DNA from: an uncultured archaeon
Lineage (GTDB): Archaea; Thermoproteota; Bathyarchaeia; Bathyarchaeales; Bathycorpusculaceae
Reading direction: 5' to 3'
DNA: 64,000 bases
Assembly: GCA_963782915.1 (NCBI GenBank)
Contig: CAWALK010000022.1
Span: 96,001 to 160,000, forward strand
The notes beneath the pieces are model-generated. The model was not told the DNA's origin. It made no database searches and worked only from the letters and a program-made list of their open reading frames with translations. The position numbers and the translations under genes are program-made. This document shows, one piece after another, positions 1 to 10,396 of this stretch (positions are counted from its first letter, which is position 1; the number at the start of each line of letters is the position of its first letter).

Positions 1-30
1 TTTATTAGCTGATTGAACCATTGATTGACT

Positions 31-263
31 CTATAAATAAGGGAGGGGTCTAGTTGAGAGCAGCAAAAGCTCTTCTTATAGGGGCAGGGGATCAGTGGCA
101 AAGCACCAGCTTTTTACATGTTATTTCTGGCGTTGCTTGCTGTTTGCTCCACAACCAGCCTGCAACATAAACCAGGCTCTAAGCGCCAAAAGCAATTGGC
201 AGCACAATTGATTGGTTGTTGTAGTGTATAGGGGGTTTCTGCCAACAACAACTGTAGAAAAAC
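31..263 (+). repeat. Dispersed intergenic repeat element, most complete copy (modules A, A', C, B)
   Basis: A=CTATAAATAAGGGAGGGG 31-48; A'=TTATAGGGGCAGGGG 76-90; C=CTTGCTGTTTGCTCCACAACCAGCCTGCAAC 136-166; B hairpin GGTTGTTGTAGTGTATAGGGGGTTTCTGCCAACAACAACTGTAGAAAAAC 214-263. Homologous modules recur at 7 other loci. Confidence 0.85.
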
Positions 264-300
264 ACACTAAGTAAATAAAAATTAAAAGAAAAATGCTGTT

Positions 301-549
301 TTAAGACAGCCATTTCAAGGGTATATCTTGGAAAGTTCCATCCGGCAGTGTTCTGCGGATAGTGATTGGCAAAACGTTTGCATCGAGTTCTGAAACAGCT
401 ATATCGATTGGGTTGGTGTTGTCTGCTGCGTCAACCAAGATTGGTGCTCCCATCGAGATTTGCAATGCACGTGCGCCGACGATTCTTGCTTTCTCGAAAC
501 GAGTGATTTTTGGTGGTCCTACCACAATTTTTTCGTGTACTTGTTGCAT
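301..549 (-). CDS. rpoK: DNA-directed RNA polymerase subunit Rpo6/K
   Basis: [21 protein letters not shown] and LPITIRR motifs; starts 1 nt after the thermosome stop. Confidence 0.96.
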   Translation of the reverse strand: MQQVHEKIVVGPPKITRFEKARIVGARALQISMGAPILVDAADNTNPIDIAVSELDANVLPITIRRTLPDGTFQDIPLKWLS

Positions 550-550
550 T

Positions 551-2215
551 CTACATCATTCCCGGCATTCCACCCATTCCGCCCGGCATTCCTCCTCCCG
601 GTGGCATTGGAGGAGACTTCATTTTAGCGGTTGAGATGACATCGTCGATTTTGAGTATCATGGATGCTGCTTCATACGCGGATTTTATGATTTGCTTTTT
701 AACTGCGAGCGGCTCGTAAACGTTGATTTTTGTCATGTCCTCGGTTGTGCCTGCGAAGACGTTGATGCCTGCCCATGTTTCGCCTTTCTCGTGGCGTGCA
801 CGCAGTTGAGTCAATAGATCAACAGGATCCAACCCCGCGTTTTCTGCGAGGGTGGTTGCGATGGTTTCCAGGGCTTCTGCGAAGATGCGCACTGCAAACT
901 GTTCACGGCCTGAGAGGGTTTGAGCGTACTTTTTGAGTGCGTTAGCCATTTCAAGTTCAGGTGCGGCTCCGCCTGCGACAACGAATGGTTCCTCAAGGAG
1001 GTCGCGTATGACGCAGAGTGCGTCATGGATGCTGCGTTCGGCTTCGGCTGTTAAGCGTTGGTTGCCGCCTCTGATTAGGAGTGTGACTGATTTGGGGTTT
1101 TTGCAGCCTTCGATGTAAGTCATTTTGTCGTCGCCGGTTTTGCGTTCCTCAACCACTGCAGCTTCGCCGAGGTCCGAGGCGGTTAGGGCGTCGATGTTGC
1201 TGATGATTTTGGCGCCTGTGGCTCGGGCGAGTTTTTCCATGTCAGATTTTTTAGCTCTGCGTATGGCAACTACGCCTTTGCGGGCCATGAAGTGTTGGGC
1301 CATGTCGTCGATGCCTTTTTGGCATATGATGACGTTGGCGCCTGAAGCGAGAACTTTGTCAACCATGCTTTTGAGCATGACTTCTTCCTGTTTGAGGAAG
1401 GCTTCGATTTGAGCGGGGTTTTCTATGTTGATTTTTGCGTCGAGTTCCGGTTTCTCGTTTTCCATAGATGCGTCCAGAAGCGCGATTTTTGCTTTTTCGA
1501 CACGTTTTGGCATGCCAGAGTGGACGATTTCTTTGTCCAGGACGATGCCGTTGATTAAGCTGGTATCAGCGAGGGATAAGCCGGTTTTCTTTTCGACTTT
1601 TACGTCGTCTACGTCTGCTTTCATGCTGCCGTCAGCTTGTTTTTCTGCGACTGATAGCATGGCTTTGACGGTTATGTCGGCGAGGTATTCTTTGTATTCG
1701 GCGACGATTTTGCTGCCCATGGCGGTGACGGCGACTTTTTTGAGGTAATCTGATGATGTTAAATCAACTGGGATGGCGATTTTGTCGAGGACTTCGAGGG
1801 CTTTTTGTGATGCGAGTTTGAAGCCTTCGATGATGATGGTTGGGTGAATGTTTTTATCGATTAATCCCTCAGCGAGGTTAAGCAATTCGCCTGCAACGAT
1901 GACGCTGCTGGTGGTGCCGTCGCCTGCTTCTTTATCTTGGGTTTTGGCGACTTCAACCATCATTTTGGCGGCCGGATGCTGAATATCCATCTCGTCGAGA
2001 ATCGTTCTTCCGTCGTTAGTTATTGTGACATCGCCGAAGTTATCGACCAGCATTTTATCCATGCCTTTAGGACCTAATGCGCTTCGGACGCTTTCAGCTA
2101 CAACTTTAGCAGCTGTAATGTTACCATGTTGGGCTTCTCTACCACGACTACGTTTTGAACCTTCCCTTAAAACCATAATCGGTATTCCGCCTGCTTGTGT
2201 TGGTGCTGCTGACAA
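551..2215 (-). CDS. ths: Thermosome subunit (group II chaperonin)
   Basis: [19 protein letters not shown] motifs; GGM-rich C-terminal tail; TTG start with upstream GGAGG. Confidence 0.97.
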   Translation of the reverse strand: MSAAPTQAGGIPIMVLREGSKRSRGREAQHGNITAAKVVAESVRSALGPKGMDKMLVDNFGDVTITNDGRTILDEMDIQHPAAKMMVEVAKTQDKEAGDGTTSSVIVAGELLNLAEGLIDKNIHPTIIIEGFKLASQKALEVLDKIAIPVDLTSSDYLKKVAVTAMGSKIVAEYKEYLADITVKAMLSVAEKQADGSMKADVDDVKVEKKTGLSLADTSLINGIVLDKEIVHSGMPKRVEKAKIALLDASMENEKPELDAKINIENPAQIEAFLKQEEVMLKSMVDKVLASGANVIICQKGIDDMAQHFMARKGVVAIRRAKKSDMEKLARATGAKIISNIDALTASDLGEAAVVEERKTGDDKMTYIEGCKNPKSVTLLIRGGNQRLTAEAERSIHDALCVIRDLLEEPFVVAGGAAPELEMANALKKYAQTLSGREQFAVRIFAEALETIATTLAENAGLDPVDLLTQLRARHEKGETWAGINVFAGTTEDMTKINVYEPLAVKKQIIKSAYEAASMILKIDDVISTAKMKSPPMPPGGGMPGGMGGMPGMM

Positions 2216-2261
2216 ACCTTATAAACCTCCATAATGCGAACAACAACATGATAGTCCTACA

Positions 2262-2275
2262 CATATAAGTTTTTC
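2262..2275 (-). promoter_or_regulatory. BRE-TATA promoter of ths-rpoK
   Basis: Minus strand GAAAAACTTATATG about 47 nt upstream of the start codon. Confidence 0.6.
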
Positions 2276-2395
2276 TAGTGGTGGCATGTTGACGGAAGCT
2301 ACTGTTTAGCGGTTTTTGTATCGTTTAGCTGTTTTTGGGGTGGCTGTGTGTTTGTTTGAAGGCAGTGGCGCATGATGGTTTGGGGTTTGTTTGCG

Positions 2396-2713
2396 TTTTT
2401 TTTCTCTATCCCCCTTATTTATAGGCTCAATAAATACGGAAAAAAGCAAAGAGGATGCGGGCGTTTGTCGGTTTGGAACTGTGGAGGTTGTGCGCTTGTT
2501 GGCTGGGGTGCCGGGTGGCTAGGCGGTTGTGATAGAAGACTGTTTGCTTTTTTGTTTGAGGTTCTGTTGCTTTGCCAAGACCGCCCTATCCCCTATAAAA
2601 AGGTCAAAAAACTGAGATCTACCTACCTCAGAAGTACCTACCCCTCCCTTATTTAAAGGATAAATAGGGTATCTCTGTTGCTTTGCCGAGCTACCCCCCT
2701 CCCCTATATATAG
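2396..2713 (-). repeat. Cluster of four motif-A copies of the dispersed repeat
   Basis: CTCTATCCCCCTTATTTATAGGC 2404-2426, CCCTATCCCCTATAAA ~2584, ACCCCTCCCTTATTTAAA ~2640, CCCCCTCCCCTATATATAG ~2695; 2396-2430 is identical to 60043-60077. Confidence 0.8.
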
Positions 2714-2908
2714 ACTGAATTAGTGAATAACTTGGCAAACAATGACAGCGTAATGAGGTCGGGCACTGGCATGGCCCATTCGAACTATTCGCCCGTAGCA
2801 CACGGGGAACCTCCGGTTGCCTTTAAAGAATTTTCTCAAACAAAAAACACATCAAAAAAGGCATACAACAAACCGCACGAATGAAAAAATCGAAAAGCAA
2901 AACGGTGG

Positions 2909-3119
2909 CTAATTGATCTGCGAAGAGGCAGGTTCACTTGCTGACTGCTGAACCGGCGGCATCCAAACCTGCTCTTTTTTCTCTACAATCAATGTCAACT
3001 TTGTTTCAGTAGAACAACTCAGGATTCGTTGGCTATCTCTTGGCGGATGTTCAAGCCTGCCCTATAGAATATGGCGGCTGCACTACAGAGTACTTCTTGC
3101 TTTTTGGGTCCTCATACAT
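2909..3119 (-). pseudogene. TrpY-like ACT-domain fragment (frameshifted paralog of 6251..6754)
   Basis: With three single-base indel corrections it reads MYEDPKKQEVLCSAAAIFYRAGLNIRQEIANDPELSTETKLTLIVEKK, aligning to VLFKAGLGIRQAIVDDPELSPEPKCTLIVDRK. Confidence 0.6.
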
Positions 3120-3213
3120 ACGAGTAATTGAAACAATCTTTTATAAGATAAATTAACTTACCAATAATTTGGCAAAAAACATTTTTTGCTAAAATTTTAA
3201 GGAGAATAAAAAC

Positions 3214-6058
3214 TTGAACCTTTCTCATAAACGAACGTTCGCTCTTTTGATCATAGCAATCTTGGCGACTTCAATGTCAACTATAGTTTTCATAGAAGCA
3301 GCAAGCGCTCATACACCGCCATGGCAAATCCAACTCTTCGCTAACATTAACGTTGCACCTAACCCTGCAGGCGTAGGTCAATCCGTTACAGTTAACTTCT
3401 GGCTAAATGCACCTCCAATGACCGCTAACGGCCCATACGGTGACAGATTCGGACCATTCACCGTAAACGTCATAAAACCAGACGGAACCAACGAAACATT
3501 AGGGCCATTTATCTCTGATGCTACCGGCGGCACAGCCACACGCTACACACCAACAGCGGTAGGCGAATACAAGTTCCAGATGATATTCCCCGGACAAAAA
3601 CTAACCGGATTCACAAACAACCCATCAGCCGCTTCGGGCATAGCTAGCATCTCAAACCCAACTTACGTCAACGATACCCTCCTGCCCGCGGTTAGCCCCG
3701 TAGTAACGCTCACAGTCCAACAGGAAGCAGTACCGATGCTTCCCACAACCCCACTGCCAACCGATTACTGGCAAACCCCAATAAACGCAATGAACGTTGA
3801 CCAATGGTACCAAATCGGCGGACCCTACCTCAGCCTTTACACAAGCTACGGACCAGGCAAGGGCGGCTCCAACTATAACACCACGACCAACTTTAACCCA
3901 TACAGCTTCGCACCACTTTCATCGCACATAATATGGACAAGACCCGCAGCACCCGGAGGAGTCATCGGCGGAGACGCCGGCGGAACAACCACCTATGGCA
4001 ACTACTATTCAACCTCACAGTACGAACGCAAATACCAACCAATAGTTATGAACGGAATAATGTACTACACCCAATTCCCCGGAGCCTCAACAAACCCACT
4101 ATCAACCATCGCAGTTGACCTATACACAGGAGAAACCTTGTGGGTTAACGATGCAAACAACTGGGGAGGCGGAAGCCCTAACCAGAACATGCTAGTAGGA
4201 AACGGCACCTCAGTTACACCTCTCGCATGCGGACAAGTACTCGACTACGTGTCACCCAACCAATACGGCGGCTTAGCATATCTGTGGACAACAGGCACAC
4301 CAAGTTGGCTCACCAACAACCCATCCTACCCCATACGCCCCGGAACAACAACACTCAACATGTTTGACGCCATGACCGGCAAATACATCCTAAGCATAGT
4401 AAACGGCACAGGCTTCAGCTACGGAAACACAGTCGATGCAAGTGGCAACTTGATAAACTACTACACTAACACCACAGTGGGCACACAAACAATCTACGGT
4501 GCAATCCAACCAATCACCGGACCAACACCCACCAAAGTCACAAACACCGCCGGCAACTCACTGGTCGAAGTATGGAATTCGACACAATGCATAATGCTCG
4601 GCGCCGGCTGGGCAACTGCATCAGCTTCAGGCTGGTTCTGGAGACCACCACAAGGCGCAGTTATCCCATTCGAATACGGAATCCAATCCGCATGGCAACT
4701 ACCAGGCACCATTCCAGTGGGCGCATTTGCAAACAACGCCACATACCCCAACACTTGGACAGTATACGGCGTTAACAGCGGCACAGCACTACTCTATTCA
4801 GCCGCCAACCAGGGATTAACAAACTACTTCACAACAGGATACACAGTCTTCGCAGGCTACGACGTAACCGGCACAAGCACCACCGTAAACAGCACATACA
4901 ATCCCCCATTATTCGTACAGAACCAAACATTCACGCCCTTCGCCGCCGTCAACTTAGATAACTACGGCAACATCGGCAACGGAGTATTCACAACAGTAAT
5001 CAAAGAAACCGGACAAGTACAAGCCTTCGACGTACGCACAGGCAAACAAGTTTGGTCAACATTCCTAGCAGGAGACAACAACGCCTCAATCAACCCCTAC
5101 GACACATTGGGAGGCATCAAAGGAAACATCTACGGAAAAGACTTCCTACTATTCGGCTTCGGCGGAGACGTATGGTCACTGGACATGACAACCGGCAAAC
5201 AAAACTGGTACACTAACACCACAAAACTCCACGGCGAAGCAGGCAGCGACACCCCATACGGCATCTGGCCAATTTGGGTACAAACAGGCATCGGCGGAGG
5301 AGGAGGAATAATGTGGCTTGAAGAAGGACACGAATACTCACCACCCCTATTCAGAGGAGCAAAACTATTAGCCGTCAACACCACAGACGGATCACTTGTT
5401 TGGAGCATAAATTCATTTGACGTAGACGCAAACCCAGCATTAGCCTACGGTATCATGACAATCCTAAACGCCTACGATAACCAAATTTACGCTTATGGCC
5501 GAGGCCCCAGCGCCATCACAGCCTCTGCACCGCAAGTGGGAGCTACAACAGCTACACAAATCACCATCACCGGCACTATAATGGATATTTCTGCAGGAGC
5601 AAAACAGGGAGCAGTCGCAGCAAACTACCCCAATGGATTACCATGCGTCTCTGACGATAGCATGAGCAGCTTTATGGAAGCCGTCTACATGCAGCAACCA
5701 GTCCCCCACAACGCAACCGGAGTACCCATCACCCTGAGCGTAATTGACCCCAACGGCAACTTTAGAACAATCGGCGCAACAACCAGCGACGGAACCGGAA
5801 CTATATTCCTTCCATTGGACACCCGACATTTCAGGCGAATACATAGCAGTTGCTACATTTTCAGGAACTAACGCATACTACGGTTCAACAGCCCAAGCCC
5901 ACTTCTATGCTGCCGGCGCAACAACCGCATCGCCGACACCGACATCAGGCTCCAATGTTGCAACAACAACAGACCTGATGATCTACATTACAGCTGCGGC
6001 AATCGCCATAATCATCGCAATCGCTATTGTCGGAGTACTCATACTTAGAAGACACTAA
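3214..6058 (+). CDS. Large secreted PQQ-like beta-propeller repeat surface protein with C-terminal membrane anchor (frameshift ~5810)
   Basis: Signal peptide; AVDLYTGETLW/AFDVRTGKQVW/AVNTTDGSLVW propeller repeats; many NxT sequons; Thr-rich linker, TM helix and RRH tail in the second frame. Confidence 0.85.
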
Positions 6059-6250
6059 AGTTACAGTCAAACACAAACCAATCTTCCCCTCTTTTTTGTT
6101 CTAAACGAAATTAATAAGTTGTTTTTTATTTAGTTATTGCCGCTGTACCCTCCTGTTTCAACTTCTTCCGGCAGGGTACGCAGATAGTTTTCTTCGCTAA
6201 CCTGAAAACGCGGATATTCTGACTCAGTTACTCAGAAGAAATCGGCAGGT

Positions 6251-6754
6251 TTAGTAAACTGATACTTTTGCCACGCCCGGAATCTTTAGCAGCTCAGGTA
6301 TGAGTTCACCGGGGATTTTCCTATCCACAATCAACGTACACTTCGGTTCGGGTGAAAGTTCGGGGTCGTCTACTATGGCTTGGCGTATGCCTAAGCCTGC
6401 TTTGAACAGTACTTGGGTGGAGTTGGCTAAGATGCCGCGTATTTGGGCGCTGGCGGGGGTGATTTCGATTACGCCTAGGTCAAGGTGTTTGGCGATTTCT
6501 TTTAGGGAGTGGCCTGCGGGACGGATTTCTTCGAATATCATTCGAAGGTCGGGGTTGTCGTGGATGGTGCAGAGGGTTTCGTTGACGGTTCGTCGGTCTA
6601 CGCCTGCGACTCGTGCGATGCGGATGGGTGGGATTTCGATTTGGTTTAAGAATATTTTGTCGTCTTTGGCGGATAGTCCGTTTTCTATGAGGACGCGTGC
6701 GACTTTGAGGCGTTCGGGGTAGCTGTCGAGTTCTGTTTTGATTTTGTTCCACAT
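6251..6754 (-). CDS. trpY: TrpY-like tryptophan-responsive regulator (HTH + ACT, COG2150-type)
   Basis: IARVAGVDRRTV HTH, IRQAIVDDPEL ACT motif; divergent from trpB2 with TRP boxes in between. Confidence 0.75.
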   Translation of the reverse strand: MWNKIKTELDSYPERLKVARVLIENGLSAKDDKIFLNQIEIPPIRIARVAGVDRRTVNETLCTIHDNPDLRMIFEEIRPAGHSLKEIAKHLDLGVIEITPASAQIRGILANSTQVLFKAGLGIRQAIVDDPELSPEPKCTLIVDRKIPGELIPELLKIPGVAKVSVY

Positions 6755-6821
6755 TTAGAATCGCTTTTGTATAGTTCTGTGCGTTTGAGTATAAATGTGT
6801 TGTTTACAAAACAATCGCTCA

Positions 6822-6837
6822 TGTACATAAGTATACA
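6822..6837. promoter_or_regulatory. Tandem TRP boxes (putative TrpY operator)
   Basis: TGTACA-TAAG-TATACA immediately upstream of the trpB2 TATA (TTTAAATA 6845-6852). Confidence 0.65.
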
Positions 6838-6897
6838 CCAAAGCTTTAAATAACGCTTCCAAGAACAATTCACTACTCAAAGAAAGGTCGAATCACC

Positions 6898-8323
6898 TTG
6901 CACGACAAAAAAATTCTACTCAAAGAATCAGACATACCAAAACAATGGTATAACATCGTCCCCGACCTGCCACATCCACTTCCACCCTTCATAGAAGCGG
7001 AAACAGGAAAACCAGGCGTCGGCATCGTCCCAAAAATTTTCCCCAAAGCAATCATAGGCCAAGAAATCAGCCAAGAACGCTGGATAGACATCCCAGACGA
7101 AGTCAGAGAAATCTACAAAATCTGGAGACCAACCCCACTCTACCGAGCGTATGGCCTAGAAAAAGCCTTGAAGACTCCGGCTAAAATTTACTACAAGTAC
7201 GAAGGCACCTCTCCATCAGGCAGCCACAAAACCAACAGCGCCGTCCCCCAAGCCTACTACAACATGAAAGAAGGCATCACCCGCGTCACCACCGAAACCG
7301 GCGCAGGCCAATGGGGCATCAGCTCTTAGCTTCGCAGCAGGCGTATTCGGCCTAGAAGCAACCGTCTACATGGTAAAAGCAAGCTTCGAGCAGAAACCCT
7401 ACCGCAAAGCCATGATGAACGCGTTTGGCGCAACCGTCTACGCCAGCCCAAGCAAGCATACAGCTTCAGGAAGAAAAATCCTAGCTGAAGACCCGGAAAA
7501 CACTGGCAGCCTGGGCATCGCAATCGGCGAAGCCGTCGAAGACAGCTTGGAAAGCGAAAAAACAGGCAAAAAAGCCAACTACACCATCGGCAGCGTCTTC
7601 AACCACGTCTGCATGCACCAAACCGTCGCTGGCCTAGAAACACAGAAGCAAATGGCGATGGTAGAGGATTACCCGGATGCAATCTACGGCTGCATAGGCG
7701 GCGGAAGCAGCTTCTCCGGTTTGTTCTGGCCATTCTACCACGACAAAGTCAGCAAGAAAGCCCCCAAAGAAACCAGATTCATCGCAGTCGAACCCACCGC
7801 ATGCCCCAAAGTAACCCGCGGCTACTACACCTACGACCACGGCGACACCGCAAAACTCACCCCACTCGTCCCCATGCACACCTTAGGCCACGACTTCATG
7901 CCAGCGCCCATCCACGCAGGCGGACTACGCTACCACGGCATCGCCCCAACCATCAGCGTACTTGCCCAAGAACACAAAATCACCACCTTAGCAATCAACC
8001 AAGTCGACGCCTTTGACGCAGCTAAAATCTTCATACGCACCGAAGGCATCATTCCCTCACCGGAATCCACACATGCAATCAAAGCCGTCTGCGACGAAGC
8101 ACGCATATGCGCACAAACCAACACACCTAAAACTTTGCTGTTCGCGTTGACTGGCCATGGCTTCTTTGACATGACAGCCTACGACGAATACTTCAACGGA
8201 CACCTACAACCCTACGAATACCCAGTGGAGAAAGTTGCGGAATCAATGAAGAAACTGCAAGCACTCTACCCGTGGCTAAACGAAGTCACAAAGAAGTACA
8301 TAACACCCTGCGAGTCAACCTAA
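6898..8323 (+). CDS. trpB2: Tryptophan synthase beta chain 2 (TrpB2), frameshift ~7320
   Basis: [19 protein letters not shown]-lysine motif, [24 protein letters not shown] across two ORFs. Confidence 0.93.
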
Positions 8324-8359
8324 ACTCGCCCTTTCTATTTTTCTTTATTTTTTTTTGGG

Positions 8360-8800
8360 TTATTTGAGTTCTTTTAGCAGAGCCTTTGCTTCAGAAGACA
8401 ATTTGGGCTTGCTTTTTCCGCCAAGCAGCAAAAACAAGGCTCCAACCAGAATCAGGGCAGCACCAAAAAACGCGGCGCTCTCCACGGGCAGAAAACCAAA
8501 CCTTATCCCAACCGTAAACACGACTATGGCTATACCCATGATAACCATTATCCAGTTACTCATAGAAGCCGTAGAGTATAGGGCGAATTCTTTTTTGCCA
8601 GTGTCGGTAACTTGATAGTAGCCGGCTTTTTCTTCGATCATGTTTGCGCCGATGAGGTAGTTCCAGTCGTAGTGGAAGTGGCCATCGGACTTGTAGCCTA
8701 AAACTTGGGCGATGTTTGATTTGGTTCCAGGGGCGGCTTTGATGCGGCTGTTGGGGGCAGAGTAGATAAGGTATAGTAATCGTGTTCTTGGTGACTGCAT
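8360..8800 (-). CDS. Putative membrane-anchored winged-helix regulator
   Basis: N-terminal wHTH-like segment (IAQVLGY...YQVTDTGK wing) followed by two TM helices. Confidence 0.55.
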   Translation of the reverse strand: MQSPRTRLLYLIYSAPNSRIKAAPGTKSNIAQVLGYKSDGHFHYDWNYLIGANMIEEKAGYYQVTDTGKKEFALYSTASMSNWIMVIMGIAIVVFTVGIRFGFLPVESAAFFGAALILVGALFLLLGGKSKPKLSSEAKALLKELK

Positions 8801-9050
8801 GTCCGCGCTTATTCCACGAGATTTCGCCAAAGCCCAAACCCTGTTGTGATATTTGCAGAGGGAGCAAATAAATTAAACCCCACCAAACTATGGTTTTTAC
8901 ATGCTTTTCGGCGCTAACTTGATCGTTTGCTTATGACTCTAACCCTTAGAGTTGCATATCTAAAGCCCAGATGCATGGTTCTAAATGTTAGGGCTATATC
9001 TCGACGCCACTATTGTTTGCATAACCGAAAAAAATTCGGAGGAAAATAAA

Positions 9051-9679
9051 ATGAACGTAAACTTCCAATACAGCAAAACATTGGCCATCGAAGGTTCAAT
9101 CCTTCTATTACTTGGCTTAATTCCAACCGTGGGGTGGGTACTGGGCATAGTCGGCATAGTCCTACTCCTTAAAGCAACAAAAGAACTATCATACTACTAC
9201 CAAGATGAAAGCATCCACCAGAACGCGTGGACCGGCCTCAAATACTACATCGTCGGTCTAATCGCCGCAGCAGTCGCCATAGGCATAGGAGTAGCTAGCT
9301 TTGCAACCGCAGGGCTATTCACAGGCGACACCATTCGCATTCACAGCAGGCATCATAGGCGGCATAATCGCAATCATCGCGGGAATAGTCAGTCGCATTC
9401 GTGTTCTACTGTACTCGCAGCATTACACCTAAGAAAAGCATACGAAACACTCGCACAGAAAACAGGCGAAGCATCATTCAGCACAGCAGGCACACTGACT
9501 CTGGGTCGGCGCAATACTGACGATACATCGGCGTAGGCGTAATCCTGATACTGATCTCATGGATATTCGTCATAATAGGCTTCTCGGCAATGAAGCCCAA
9601 AGAATACCAACCCTACACGGCACAACCAAACGGCTACAGCTACGCACCACCAACCCAGCCACCAACATCCACTACCTAA
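9051..9679 (+). CDS. DUF996-like membrane protein (several frameshifts)
   Basis: SKTLAIEGSILLLLG...GIVLLLKATKELS, LAQKTGEASFSTAG motifs; Pro/Thr/Gln tail. Confidence 0.7.
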
Positions 9680-9712
9680 ACACAACCCCAAAGCTAAAGG
9701 AGCAAACAAACC

Positions 9713-10282
9713 ATGACCGAACAAATCCAAACCCAACCCCAAACTGAAGCAAACTGGCGAAGCTTCATACGCAAACACTGGGCCGCTTTCACAGCCTTCA
9801 CAGCCGCAGCCATAGTGGCGGTTGCAGGCGCGGTCTATGTGTTTGTTTGGTTCACAGGAAATGCCCAAGCAACAGGGCTGGTTCCCTCAACCCTGAACCT
9901 GTGGTCAATGAATAACGTCGTGTTGTTCATTCTCCATGGGGTCTTCTGGGAACTCGTCCTAATCGGCATCCCAGCAGCCATAGTAGCCGTTGGGGGTTGG
10001 CAATGGTGGAAAAGAATACCCCAAACAGAAAAAGGCCAACTCCACACAGGCAAAAGTAAAAAGACTTCAAGAGCAGGAGGAGCAATCTCGCCGCTGCTGT
10101 TCATTGCATTCGCCATCAAAGTCTACATCGACGGAAACTGGAATCAAGCCATCGCAAGCTGGACACTCGACTACGTCGTCGGTTCCATGGTTACGATACT
10201 GCTCTGGACAGTTGCCATCTTCGCTATTCCTGCAGTAATTGGGGTCATCTGGTGGTTAAGCCGCGGGATGAAAAAACCCTAA
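9713..10282 (+). CDS. Hypothetical multi-pass membrane protein
   Basis: About 4 hydrophobic helices, upstream GGAG. Confidence 0.75.
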   Translation: MTEQIQTQPQTEANWRSFIRKHWAAFTAFTAAAIVAVAGAVYVFVWFTGNAQATGLVPSTLNLWSMNNVVLFILHGVFWELVLIGIPAAIVAVGGWQWWKRIPQTEKGQLHTGKSKKTSRAGGAISPLLFIAFAIKVYIDGNWNQAIASWTLDYVVGSMVTILLWTVAIFAIPAVIGVIWWLSRGMKKP

Positions 10283-10396
10283 ACCCCTTTTCCCCTTTGA
10301 AGATGAACACCATGATCAACAACTTAGGCCCAGCTGAGTTAGAATTCTATTTTTTATTAACCCCCCACGCGTATTTACTACATAGGTTAACCCACA

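Noticed and set aside
76-90. GGGCAGGG (also about 55304) as KOPS-like polar motifs
   Set aside because: Only two such copies, both inside the repeat element; related motifs occur on both strands, so no polarity can be shown.
2372-2656. 94-aa ORF, and similar ORFs at 39330..39587, 55909..56178 and 56074..56340
   Set aside because: They run through the non-coding repeat or skewed gap regions, have atypical composition and no recognisable motif.
6120-6250. Inverted repeat GTACCCT...AGGGTAC and a minus-strand fragment ICVPCRKKL
   Set aside because: No start codon or intact frame; could be a terminator hairpin or chance, insufficient support.
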